Assembly: GCA_963663165.1 (NCBI GenBank)
Contig: OY760175.1
Span: 1,536,001 to 1,600,000 of the forward strand
DNA length: 64,000 nucleotides
Reading direction: 5' to 3'
From: an uncultured Desulfospira sp.
GTDB lineage: Bacteria; Desulfobacterota; Desulfobacteria; Desulfobacterales; Desulfobacteraceae
In this document: piece by piece, positions 17,981-27,345 of the stretch
How the letters are laid out: each line of letters begins with the position of its first letter
Position numbering within the stretch: position 1 is the stretch's first letter
The notes under the pieces: generated by a model
Databases searched by the model: none
What the model was told of the DNA's origin: nothing
Seen by the model: the letters and a program-made list of their open reading frames with translations, nothing else
Position numbers and translations under genes: made by a program

Positions 17981-19798
17981 GTGACTGTATCCATGAAAAG
18001 TGCCTTTGCCTCTTTATTGACTGCGTTGCTCATCATCATCTCAGGATGTGCCAAAACTTCAGGGACCCCTGATCTGGTTAAATCTGATCTTCCGGGCCCT
18101 AAGGAAACCGCAGATCTTGAAAATGAGCTTTCAGCCAAATATCTCTATCTTGAATCCAGGATCCACCTTCAGGAAGGCCGGCTTGAACAGGCCGTGTCCG
18201 TGCTGGGGAAAGCCATTGAGAAAGACCCGGAATCCAGTTTGCTCAAACGGGATTTGATCCGGCTTTTTCTCCAGCAGGGCCGGAAGCAGCAGGCCCGTGA
18301 ACTGGCTGAAAAGCTGGTGAAACAGGAACCTGAGAACATTGACAACCTGATGCTCCTGGTCCGGTTTCTGGACGGTGACAACCCCTATGGAGAACAGGAC
18401 AAAGAACTGACGGCCCTGCTCAATAAAATTCTGGATCTGGCCCCGGACAAAAAAGAACCCTACCTGCGGCTGGGCAAGATATATATGGAAACCGAACAGT
18501 TTGCCAAGGCCCTTGACCTGTTTACCGGCATGGTTCAGGAATTCCCGGATTATTATGTGGCCCATTTTTATTTGGGGGAGGCCGATATCCTGACCGGAAA
18601 TTTCGGTGCTGCCAGGAAAGCATTCCTAAAAAGCCTGGAACTTGAGCCCAACCTGATTGAGGCAAGATTCAGGCTTGCCGACATATACCGGCTGGAAAAC
18701 AAATCGGAAGGGACGGCCATGCCCCCGGTCGTTCAGGAAAAGGTGCTGGCCTTGTACCGGAAAATCCTTGAGATAGAACCGGATAATTTTATGGCCCAAT
18801 TTGAAACCGCCATTCTTCACTATAAGGCCAAGCAATTCCAGCAGGCACAAAAAATATTCATCCAGCTTTCCCGGGAAGCCCAGACAGACTCCCGGCCGGC
18901 CATGGTGGCACTTGAAACCTTTTTATCCGACAAACGCAGCCAGGACGCCGCCATTGCCTTTTCCCAGCTTGTAAAGGCGGCACCGGACAATGACATGCTT
19001 CATTTTCTGGCGGGCATGGCTTATGAATCGGCCAAAGCGTATGACCAGGCCATTAACCATTATCTTCAGGTGGGCCCGGATCACCCGGATTACAAAAAAG
19101 CCCTCTTCACCGTTGCCTTTTTGTACCGGGACACGGACCAGACCCCAAAGGCGGTGTCGTTTCTGGAAAGCCACCACCAGCAAGATCCCAAAGATGCGGA
19201 TATTGTCTTATACCTGTCGTCTCTCTATGAAAGGACCGGGGAACTGGACAAGGCCCTGCCCATGCTCAAGCAGTCGGTTCTGGACGCCCCTGAAAATACG
19301 GTTTTGCTCTTCCGGCTCGGGACCGTTCAGGACCTTACGGGATTACGGCAAGACTGTATTGAGACCATGAAAGAGGTCATAAAGATTGACCCTGAACATG
19401 CCGGTGCCCTCAACTATCTTGGGTACACCTATGCGGAAATGGGCATTCATCTGGATCAGGCCATGGACCTGATCACCCGGGCACTGAGAATTCAACCCGA
19501 AGACGGGTACATCACCGACAGCTTAGGCTGGGTGTATTTTCAAAAACAAAACTATGAACAGGCCGTTATCTACCTTGAAAAAGCCGCCCGTCTGAGCAAT
19601 TATGAACCCATTATCGCCGGGCATCTGGCCGATGCCTACGTTAAAACCCGGCAATATCCCCAGGCCCTTTCAGCTTATAAGAAAGCGCTGGCCAACCTGA
19701 AAAAAAAGGATGAAAATAAAATCAGGGAACTTGAGAAAAAAATCCAACAGGTGGAACAGCATTTAGAACAGGAAAACCAACCGGCTCCTGTGGAATAA
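17981..19798 (+). CDS. TPR-repeat lipoprotein
   Basis: Lipobox IISGC; many TPRs including ALNYLGY..A and YITDSLGWVY. Confidence 0.85.
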   Translation: MTVSMKSAFASLLTALLIIISGCAKTSGTPDLVKSDLPGPKETADLENELSAKYLYLESRIHLQEGRLEQAVSVLGKAIEKDPESSLLKRDLIRLFLQQGRKQQARELAEKLVKQEPENIDNLMLLVRFLDGDNPYGEQDKELTALLNKILDLAPDKKEPYLRLGKIYMETEQFAKALDLFTGMVQEFPDYYVAHFYLGEADILTGNFGAARKAFLKSLELEPNLIEARFRLADIYRLENKSEGTAMPPVVQEKVLALYRKILEIEPDNFMAQFETAILHYKAKQFQQAQKIFIQLSREAQTDSRPAMVALETFLSDKRSQDAAIAFSQLVKAAPDNDMLHFLAGMAYESAKAYDQAINHYLQVGPDHPDYKKALFTVAFLYRDTDQTPKAVSFLESHHQQDPKDADIVLYLSSLYERTGELDKALPMLKQSVLDAPENTVLLFRLGTVQDLTGLRQDCIETMKEVIKIDPEHAGALNYLGYTYAEMGIHLDQAMDLITRALRIQPEDGYITDSLGWVYFQKQNYEQAVIYLEKAARLSNYEPIIAGHLADAYVKTRQYPQALSAYKKALANLKKKDENKIRELEKKIQQVEQHLEQENQPAPVE

Positions 19799-19910
19799 CA
19801 GTCATCCCCTAAAGGGCAGGAACCAGACTGGCTTAAGTGTTCCCGTCTTAAGCATCGGTCCACAATGAAAAATGAAAGTCTTTTCAACTTGGTTAAAGGA
19901 CTTCCATAAA
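19796..19910 (+). repeat. Family A element, degenerate copy
   Basis: Starts at the TAA stop; GCATCGGTCCACAATGAAAAATGAAAGTCTTTTCA...GACTTCCAT matches the reverse complement of 661-752. Confidence 0.7.
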
Positions 19911-19933
19911 CTGCACACGAAAGCCGTTTTCAA

Positions 19934-20698
19934 ATGAAACATCCCAGGCTTTATGCGCCATTTTTTTTATTTCTGATTTTCCTTATTTCAGGATGCGGGC
20001 CAAAGCGGCCTGAAACCGATCCCGGCCAGGATCAGAAAGCCGGCCAGACCGCCTTTGCCCTGTTGTCCCGGAATCAGGAAATAAAGACCAGCAAAGGCGT
20101 GGCCTGGGTCCGCCTTGACACAGACAGCCGAAAAGATAAATTCAGGCTGGCCTGGATTGTCCAGGCCCCGGACAGGGCAAGACTCACCCTTCTTTCCTCC
20201 GGCATTTTATATGAAACCATCATTGCGGACGGGACAGCGGTCCGGTTCATCTCCCATACCAATGAACACAAGCCGTACACCACCCATGTGTCAGATCCTG
20301 ACATGGAAAAATTGATCCATATTCCCATTAAGCTTTCCGAAATTATCTTAATCCTGTCCGGCCGGCTTCCGGTCACGGAATTTGACGATGCCTGGTTTTC
20401 CTCAGATCCCCCTGACCAGACCCGGATTTCACTTAAAAAGAAGGATTCAACATCTCTTTATCAGCTCGAACTTGATTCTTCCGGAATTCTCCGGCACCTG
20501 ACCGCCCAAAAAAGGAACCAGGCGTTTCTATACGGTATTGAGTACCGTTCATGGGAAAAAATCCAGGGATACAACGTCCCGACGGCTCTGACAATAAAAG
20601 ACCGGATAGAAAGGACCTTGCACCTTGAAATGTCGACCTTTCAGATCAACGTTTCCATAAAAGAGGGGGTATTCTGGTTGACAGAACCGGGATCATGA
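19934..20698 (+). CDS. LolB-like / DUF4292 lipoprotein
   Basis: Lipobox LISGC; beta-rich; follows the TPR gene, as lolB often does. Confidence 0.6.
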   Translation: MKHPRLYAPFFLFLIFLISGCGPKRPETDPGQDQKAGQTAFALLSRNQEIKTSKGVAWVRLDTDSRKDKFRLAWIVQAPDRARLTLLSSGILYETIIADGTAVRFISHTNEHKPYTTHVSDPDMEKLIHIPIKLSEIILILSGRLPVTEFDDAWFSSDPPDQTRISLKKKDSTSLYQLELDSSGILRHLTAQKRNQAFLYGIEYRSWEKIQGYNVPTALTIKDRIERTLHLEMSTFQINVSIKEGVFWLTEPGS

Positions 20699-20754
20699 CC
20701 ATAATCTAACCAGTTTTTAACCGGTCCCTCTTATTTTAAGGAGATGCAAATATC

Positions 20755-21630
20755 ATGATTCACGACAGTGTAGACAAGGCAAAACAAAGCGGCGGATGCC
20801 CCTCCCAGAACAACCCTCAGGCAGCTAAACAGCGGGAACAAGAGGCCATGATCAAAGCTTCCCTGGCCAAAATCAAACATAAAATTTTTGTTTTAAGCGG
20901 CAAAGGCGGCGTTGGAAAGAGCAGTGTGTCCGCCAACCTGGCCGCCAGTCTCTCCAGACAGGGATATCAAACCGGCCTGATGGACGTTGATGTCCACGGC
21001 CCCTCCATAGGCCAGATGCTGGGAATGAAAGAGCTTCTGGACATTTCCCAGGACCAGAAAATGCTCATTCCCCAAAAAATCACTGAAACCCTTAAAGCGG
21101 TATCGGTCCAGGCCCTGATGCAGGACAAGGATCAGGCCATTATCTGGCGGGGACCGGCCAAAACCGGCATCATCCAGCAGTTTGTGGGATCCGTTGACTG
21201 GGGGGAACTGGACTTTCTGGTCATTGACGCGCCTCCGGGTACCGGAGACGAGCCCCTCACCGTTGTCCAGAACATCCCCGAAGCGTTGGGCATCATCGTC
21301 ACCACCCCCCAGGAGGTGGCCCTGGCCGATATCCGCAAATCCATCTCATTTTGCAAAACCGTAAAACTCAAAACCCTGGGCATTGTAGAAAACATGTCCG
21401 GGTTCAGATGTCCCCACTGCAACCAGGTCATTGACCTGTTCTCCACCGGCGGCGGCGAGAAAACCGCCAAGGCCCAGGGACTTACCTTTCTGGGGGCCAT
21501 CCCCTTTGACACCCAGGTGGTGGCATCGGGCGATTCCGGTGTTCCCTTGATGCTCCAGGACAAGGAAACTCAATTTTCAAAGGCGTTTCAAACCATCGTG
21601 GACAACATTTTAAAACAGATCAACCCATAA
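20755..21630 (+). CDS. Mrp/NBP35 (ApbC) Fe-S cluster carrier ATPase
   Basis: SGKGGVGKS, DVDVHGPS, IWRGP, PPGTGDE and ENMS..CPHC motifs. Confidence 0.93.
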   Translation: MIHDSVDKAKQSGGCPSQNNPQAAKQREQEAMIKASLAKIKHKIFVLSGKGGVGKSSVSANLAASLSRQGYQTGLMDVDVHGPSIGQMLGMKELLDISQDQKMLIPQKITETLKAVSVQALMQDKDQAIIWRGPAKTGIIQQFVGSVDWGELDFLVIDAPPGTGDEPLTVVQNIPEALGIIVTTPQEVALADIRKSISFCKTVKLKTLGIVENMSGFRCPHCNQVIDLFSTGGGEKTAKAQGLTFLGAIPFDTQVVASGDSGVPLMLQDKETQFSKAFQTIVDNILKQINP

Positions 21631-21659
21631 GATCAGCGGCAAAATTTTTTTCAAAACCC

Positions 21660-22850
21660 ATGGCCGTGTCGGAGCCGCTTTTGGAAAACATTTTTAAACA
21701 GGGCGGGGAACTAAAAAAACTTCTGAATTCAAGGGAGATAAATGATTTTAGGTCCCCGGCCTGTTTTTCAGCCAATGCCCTGCGGCGCAAAACAGAAACC
21801 CGCCAGGAAAACGACTACCGCCAGTCCTTCAGCATTGATGCCGACCGGATTCTAAACTCCCTTGCCTTTACCCGGTACATTGATAAAACCCAGGTTTTTT
21901 CCCTGATCCAGAACGACCATTTAACCCACCGGGTTCTCCATGTCCAGCTGGTATCCCGGGTGGCCCGGACCATCGGGCGCTACTTAGGGCTCAACCAGGA
22001 TCTCATTGAAGCGGCCGCGTTAGGCCACGACATCGGCCACCCCCCTTTCGGACATGACGGGGAGGGGTTCTTATCGCGCCTGACAAAGGCCTGCGGGGCC
22101 GGGTATTTTCATCACAACCTTCAAAGCATCCAGTCTTTAGATAAGATTGAAAGAAAGGGACAGGGCTGGAACCTGAGCCTTCAGACCCTGGACGCCATTG
22201 CCTGCCATAACGGAGAGGTCCATTCCCGGAAACTGGTTCCGGAAAACTCCCGGTCTTTTAAAGATTTTGATCTGATGATTGAACAGATGAAAACAAAGCC
22301 GGCCTGTAATGTGATCCCCATGACCCTTGAAGGATGCGTGGTCCGCATGGCAGACACCATATCTTACGTGGGAAGGGATCTTGAGGACGGTATCCGGCTT
22401 GGTGTGGTAAAACGGGAGCAGGTCCCCGAAGAATGTGCCAAAACCCTTGGCCAGACCAACGGCACCATCGTGTTCAACCTGGTAACCGATCTGATTTCCA
22501 ACAGCATTGACCAGCCCTTTATCCGATTTTCTGAAAATGCCGCCCACGCCCTTTTAACCCTTAAACAATTTAATTACAAACACATATACAAAAACCCGCT
22601 TATCAAAAAACATCTGACCACCATTGAGGATATCTTTAAATTCCTGTTTGAAAAATTTCTTGAAGACCTGAATACCGGGAACCAGGACTCGGTTATTTTC
22701 AAAGAATTTCTCATTGACATGGACGACACCTACCCCAATGCCTTTTCACCCCCTGAAATTGTCCGGGATTTTATCTCCGGAATGACCGATTCCTACTTTA
22801 TCCGGCAGGCCCCGGAATCAATGCGGCCCAGGGTCATCGACCATGTTTAA
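21660..22850 (+). CDS. dGTP triphosphohydrolase-like HD protein
   Basis: KTQVF, HR..H, LGHDIGHPPFGH.GE and DFISGMTD motifs. Confidence 0.88.
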   Translation: MAVSEPLLENIFKQGGELKKLLNSREINDFRSPACFSANALRRKTETRQENDYRQSFSIDADRILNSLAFTRYIDKTQVFSLIQNDHLTHRVLHVQLVSRVARTIGRYLGLNQDLIEAAALGHDIGHPPFGHDGEGFLSRLTKACGAGYFHHNLQSIQSLDKIERKGQGWNLSLQTLDAIACHNGEVHSRKLVPENSRSFKDFDLMIEQMKTKPACNVIPMTLEGCVVRMADTISYVGRDLEDGIRLGVVKREQVPEECAKTLGQTNGTIVFNLVTDLISNSIDQPFIRFSENAAHALLTLKQFNYKHIYKNPLIKKHLTTIEDIFKFLFEKFLEDLNTGNQDSVIFKEFLIDMDDTYPNAFSPPEIVRDFISGMTDSYFIRQAPESMRPRVIDHV

Positions 22851-23571
22851 AGACCGGGACACCTATCGAAAGCTTCACCGCAAAAAGGGGCTGGTCTCCT
22901 TTGATATCACGGTCAGTCAAACCAACCTGAACATCCAGGCAGAACAGAACCTGTCCCGGCAAGCCGTATCTGCCGCCTTAAAATACAGGACATACATTGA
23001 AACCCACATTAAGTCTCACCCCAAGTTTTCGTCCTCTTTTTCTCCATTGCCCCTGCCCGGCTTTGTGCCGGCCATCGTCAAAGACATGTATGACGCCGGG
23101 CTTAAAGCCGGCACAGGCCCCATGGCCGCCGTGGCAGGCGCCCTGTCGGAATCTGTGGGAAAAGCACTGTTAGACCTGTCCGGGGAAGTGATTGTAGAAA
23201 ACGGGGGAGATATCTTTATTCGCTCAAATTCAGACACGACCTTTGGCGTGTTTGCCGGCAAATCCCCCTTGAGCATGAAAGCCGGCATCCAGGTCAAAGA
23301 AAGAAGCGCACCCTTTGGGCTGTGCACCTCGTCCGGCACCATCGGACACTCAAAAAGTTTCGGCAAAGCCGATGCCGTAACGGTTCTGTCTTCCTCCTGT
23401 GCCTTAGCCGATGCGGCCGCCACAGGGCTTTGCAACATGGTCAACACCCCTTTGGACATTGAAAAAGCCATTGACCGGGGAAAGCAGATCCCCGGTGTTG
23501 ACGGCCTTGTGGTGATCCTTGGAAAGCATATGGGATTGTGGGGGGACCTGGAATTGGTGCCGCTGACCTGA
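22843..23571 (+). CDS. UPF0280 (ApbE-like) protein
   Basis: GPMAAVAGA, ENGGDIF and CTSSGTIGHS.SFG.ADA motifs. Confidence 0.88.
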   Translation: MFKDRDTYRKLHRKKGLVSFDITVSQTNLNIQAEQNLSRQAVSAALKYRTYIETHIKSHPKFSSSFSPLPLPGFVPAIVKDMYDAGLKAGTGPMAAVAGALSESVGKALLDLSGEVIVENGGDIFIRSNSDTTFGVFAGKSPLSMKAGIQVKERSAPFGLCTSSGTIGHSKSFGKADAVTVLSSSCALADAAATGLCNMVNTPLDIEKAIDRGKQIPGVDGLVVILGKHMGLWGDLELVPLT

Positions 23572-23707
23572 CCTGGATGTTGCGAGTCTGTAACGCGATG
23601 CGATTGGAGAGGACGATCGGCTATCTTCTGACCGATACCGCCCTTATGGATATATATTCAATTTTGTTGAAGGTTAAGAAAAGACAAACCGTCTGGCGCC
23701 ATTTTCC

Positions 23708-23881
23708 CTAAATGGCGAAGTCAAACTTAGTCTTAAATTCGGATATAATCTGGCTGCAGACTCCGGTCTGACTGTCCAAAGAAAATGACGGTGCTGAGGA
23801 GACTTCAATCAGCCAGGCCATGATCAGGACAGATACCATCACGGTCAGTACGGACAATAAAATCGCTTTTACCGGTTTCAT
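23708..23881 (-). CDS. Putative 57-aa membrane-anchored or secreted peptide
   Basis: Below the ORF-track cutoff. Sequence MKPVKAILLSVLTVMVSVLIMAWLIEVSSAPSFSLDSQTGVCSQIISEFKTKFDFAI*, with RBS AAGGA. Confidence 0.5.
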   Translation of the reverse strand: MKPVKAILLSVLTVMVSVLIMAWLIEVSSAPSFSLDSQTGVCSQIISEFKTKFDFAI

Positions 23882-23937
23882 GATCTTTTTTCCTTTTCGT
23901 TGTAAAGGCCATTTTGATCTTGGCTGATAATTTTTAT

Positions 23938-23953
23938 TGCAAAAACCAGACCA
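23938..23953 (-). promoter_or_regulatory. Candidate sigma54 -24/-12 promoter
   Basis: TGGTCTGGTTTTTGCA with canonical GG-N10-GC spacing, about 60 bp upstream of the small ORF. Confidence 0.5.
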
Positions 23954-24132
23954 GCGAAAAGGAGGAATGCGATTTTATATAAAAGTTATATAACAAACTG
24001 AATTAAAACAACTTTAGATTCACCCCCTTCCAAGGCAACCATTTTAAAAGAAAAAAAGCTGCCGCAACTATGAAAAAAAGGTAACAAATTACGGCAAAAA
24101 ATTAAGAAAAAAAGAACTTTTTTTCATACCGG

Positions 24133-24447
24133 TTATGCGGGTTTATTAACCGGCGCCTTTTTGGCGGGCAAACTTTTCTTGGCCGGTGCAGCGGGTTTGG
24201 CCCCTTTCGGTTTGCCGGGATTGATCCCCCTTAAAATGGAAATCAGGTCATTGCGCTTTTCAGCCATGACCAGGGAGACGGCCTCCATCTGGGACTCATT
24301 AAGACTGAGTTTTGAATCTTCAAGGAATTTGAGCAGATTGTCGGCAATATCAAGCATTTTATCATAGGCGTCTGCTTCTTTTTTTGTCGCAAATGTCATT
24401 TTTTCCTCTCCATTCCTGACCACAATATACTTTGTAATGACAGCCAT
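24133..24447 (-). CDS. YebG family protein
   Basis: MAVITKYIVVRNGEEKMTFATKKEADAYDKMLDIAD.L signature. Confidence 0.88.
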   Translation of the reverse strand: MAVITKYIVVRNGEEKMTFATKKEADAYDKMLDIADNLLKFLEDSKLSLNESQMEAVSLVMAEKRNDLISILRGINPGKPKGAKPAAPAKKSLPAKKAPVNKPA

Positions 24448-24469
24448 TTTTTCTCCTTCAAGGGTTGTG

Positions 24470-24554
24470 GTTAGATGTTAGCACTTAGCTGTTAGCTGTT
24501 AGCTGTTAGCTGTTAGCTGTTAGCTGTTAGCTGTTAGCTGTTAGCTGTTAGCTT
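24470..24554. repeat. (TTAGCTG)n heptamer array
   Basis: Nine perfect units at 24485-24547 plus degenerate flanks. Confidence 0.95.
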
Positions 24555-24601
24555 TAAAAAACCAGACATGGAAATTCTTTGTCAAGAACTTTATGGTTTT
24601 T

Positions 24602-24693
24602 ATATGAAAGTCTCACTAACATCTTGAGAAGACTTCCATTATTTGTTGTGGGCGGTTCTTGGTTGGATAACCAGGGCGGCCCGTGGCCGTTAT
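24602..24693 (-). repeat. Family A element
   Basis: Near-identical to the reverse complement of 52091-52182; abuts the ampG stop codon. Confidence 0.9.
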
Positions 24694-26253
24694 TTAAGAA
24701 TTGTTTAGGTCCAGGAGCTGCTGGCTGAGCCAGACCAGCACCAGGACCGGGATGCCCATCAGGGCCGTGATCATAAAAAAGGCCGGATACCCCAACGCAT
24801 CGACAATGGCGCCGGCATACCCCCCGAATCCCTTGGGAATCAAGGTCATCAGGGAAGTGAATACCGCATACTGAACCGCCGTAAACCGGATACTGGTCAA
24901 GCTGGACAAAAAAGCCACAAAGGCGGCACTGGCAATGCCGGCGGCCAGGTTGTCCGCCGAAATGACCACGTAAAGCAGGACCAGCTGATGCCCTGCCCCG
25001 GCCAGGGCCATAAACAGCAGGTTGGTCAAAGAAGACAGCAGGGCACCGGCAAACAATATCCGCATGATCCCGTATTTCAGGGACAAAATCCCCCCAAGGA
25101 ATCCGCCGGCAATGGTCATGAACAGCCCAAAGGTTTTGACGATACCCGCGATCTGCGTTTTTGAAAACCCAAGATCCTGGTAAAACACGTTGGAAATAAC
25201 GCCCAGGACAATGTCCGAAATCCGGTACAATCCAATCAAAGCAAGCATCAGCCAGGCCAGAGACAGGCCGTACCGCTTAAAAAAATCCCGGATGGGCTCC
25301 ACATAGGTTTCCTTAACCATTCCCGGGTTGGCCGCCCCTGTTTTCATGACCAGGCAGCCCACGCCAACGGCAGCCCCAAGCCCGGCACAAAGCCGGATGA
25401 ACTCCACCATAAAGCCTGCCAGGGCGTGATTTTTCAACACCTGGGCAAGGTTTGATGTTAACCCTGCGGCCATTCCGGAACTCACATAAAACAATACCAC
25501 AAAGCCGGCCACACCGGCCAGAAACACCAAGAGAGACCCCAGGTAATCTTTTGACGAATAGGGGCTGTCAGCCCTGGCCGTCCCCTTTGGCTCGCCAATG
25601 ATCAGGGTGGTGGCCACGCCCACAAGCATCAGCCCTGCCATAATCCGGTAGGTGGTCTGCCAGGCCATGCTGTCATAATGACCCAAAGATGACCCCAGGG
25701 TTTCAGCCAGAAAAAGTGACCCGGCCCCGGCGGCCAGCATTCCGATCCGGTAGCCCGCAATATAGGACGATGCCATCAGGGCCTGAAGTTCCGTGCCGGC
25801 CGACTCAATCCGGTAGGCATCAATGACAATGTCCTGGGTGGCCGAAGAAAACCCGAGCATCACGGCCGCTGCCGCCATAAACACCAGACTCTGGTGACCT
25901 GATCCCGGATCAATCTGCGCCATCAAAAGAACAGCCAGAATTATCCCGGCCTGGGCCGCCAGAATCCAGGACCGCCGGCGGCCTAAAAGCCTTGTCAAAA
26001 CAGGAATGGGAAACCGGTCCACCAGGGGCGCCCAGATAAATTTAAAGGAATATCCCAGGGCCGCCCAGCTGAAGAACGTAACCGACGACCGTTCCACGCC
26101 GGCCTCCCTGAGCCAGAGGGACAAAGAAGAAAAAATTAACAAAATGGGCATCCCGGCTGAAAACCCGAAAAAAAGCATGGTGATCACCCGGGGATGACAA
26201 AATGCGGCAATGGATTGGCCAAGATGGCGCACGGATGGGCTGCTGATCTTCAC
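24694..26253 (-). CDS. ampG: AmpG family muropeptide MFS permease
   Basis: GFSAGMP, KFIWAPLVD, GRRRSW, SATQDIVIDAYRIE and FTAVQYA motifs. Confidence 0.88.
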   Translation of the reverse strand: MKISSPSVRHLGQSIAAFCHPRVITMLFFGFSAGMPILLIFSSLSLWLREAGVERSSVTFFSWAALGYSFKFIWAPLVDRFPIPVLTRLLGRRRSWILAAQAGIILAVLLMAQIDPGSGHQSLVFMAAAAVMLGFSSATQDIVIDAYRIESAGTELQALMASSYIAGYRIGMLAAGAGSLFLAETLGSSLGHYDSMAWQTTYRIMAGLMLVGVATTLIIGEPKGTARADSPYSSKDYLGSLLVFLAGVAGFVVLFYVSSGMAAGLTSNLAQVLKNHALAGFMVEFIRLCAGLGAAVGVGCLVMKTGAANPGMVKETYVEPIRDFFKRYGLSLAWLMLALIGLYRISDIVLGVISNVFYQDLGFSKTQIAGIVKTFGLFMTIAGGFLGGILSLKYGIMRILFAGALLSSLTNLLFMALAGAGHQLVLLYVVISADNLAAGIASAAFVAFLSSLTSIRFTAVQYAVFTSLMTLIPKGFGGYAGAIVDALGYPAFFMITALMGIPVLVLVWLSQQLLDLNNS

Positions 26254-26262
26254 AAAAGGGGC

Positions 26263-27117
26263 CTATAAGCTAATTTCAAACCCGCTGGGAACCCCAAAAC
26301 AGGGAATGGGCGATGCATTGTCCCGGGCAAGACGATCTTTTAGCATTTTTTGGGCGTCTTTGACCACTTTTTTCATATCCTTGTCAGTCCGGTCCTGATT
26401 GATGTGAACCAGCCCGAGCTGTTTAACACCGGCCGCTGCCGCCAGGTTCACCACATCCGGAACCATGGAGTGGCCCCAGCCGATTTTATTTTTATACTCG
26501 CCGGCCGTGTACTCGGCATCATGGAACAGGATATCCGCGCCTTGACAAAAGCCGACGTAATCATCAAATCCCGCGCCCTGGGGGTGGTCATGCCCTAACT
26601 CATTGTCCGTCAACAGCACAAAGGCCTTACCGTTTTCCTTCAACTTATACCCCATGCTCCCTTCAGAATGGCTGGCAGGAATGGTTTCAATTTCAATGGC
26701 GCCGATACTAAACTGACCGGTTAACGAAGGATCAAAGATAATCCCGGCCTGATAATCTGAAAGGGTTACAGGAAATAAAGGAGGAGACATGATCCGGGAC
26801 AGCACCTGTCGGGTACTGAGGCCTTCAAAGGTTCTGTCCTGAATAATCAGTTGGTTACTGGCATCCAGCAACGGGGCAAAAAACGGCAAACCGATAATAT
26901 GGTCCCAGTGAAAATGGGTGAGCAGCAGATAAAATTTTGATTTCTTTCTCGTGGCCAGTGATTTGCCTAGCCCGCGGATACCGGTTCCTGCGTCTATGAT
27001 GATGATTTCTCCGGAATCGGCTATAATTTCAAAGCAAGTGGTATCGCCGCCGAATTCCAGGTAGCCTTTTCCGGAAACAGGTATGGAACCTCTGGATCCC
27101 CAGCATCTAATGAACAT
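26263..27117 (-). CDS. MBL-fold metallo-hydrolase
   Basis: WGSRGSIP, DAGTG, THFHWDHIIG and GWGHS motifs. Confidence 0.88.
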   Translation of the reverse strand: MFIRCWGSRGSIPVSGKGYLEFGGDTTCFEIIADSGEIIIIDAGTGIRGLGKSLATRKKSKFYLLLTHFHWDHIIGLPFFAPLLDASNQLIIQDRTFEGLSTRQVLSRIMSPPLFPVTLSDYQAGIIFDPSLTGQFSIGAIEIETIPASHSEGSMGYKLKENGKAFVLLTDNELGHDHPQGAGFDDYVGFCQGADILFHDAEYTAGEYKNKIGWGHSMVPDVVNLAAAAGVKQLGLVHINQDRTDKDMKKVVKDAQKMLKDRLARDNASPIPCFGVPSGFEISL

Positions 27118-27345
27118 GTCTCTCCTGGTATAGGGTGAAAATTTTCATGCAAAACAGCCATTAAAATCGGTCTATATGTTTAACGAATTAAATTCATAAA
27201 CTGAAATTTAATTATTTTTAAAAACGGTTAAACGGTATCAAACTTTTTTAACACCTAACCGTTGACAACCTTACGATTATTGCTTAGGAAAACCTTAGGG
27301 TCTATATAGCATACAACAAACTCATAAAAAAGGGGGCGATTCATT

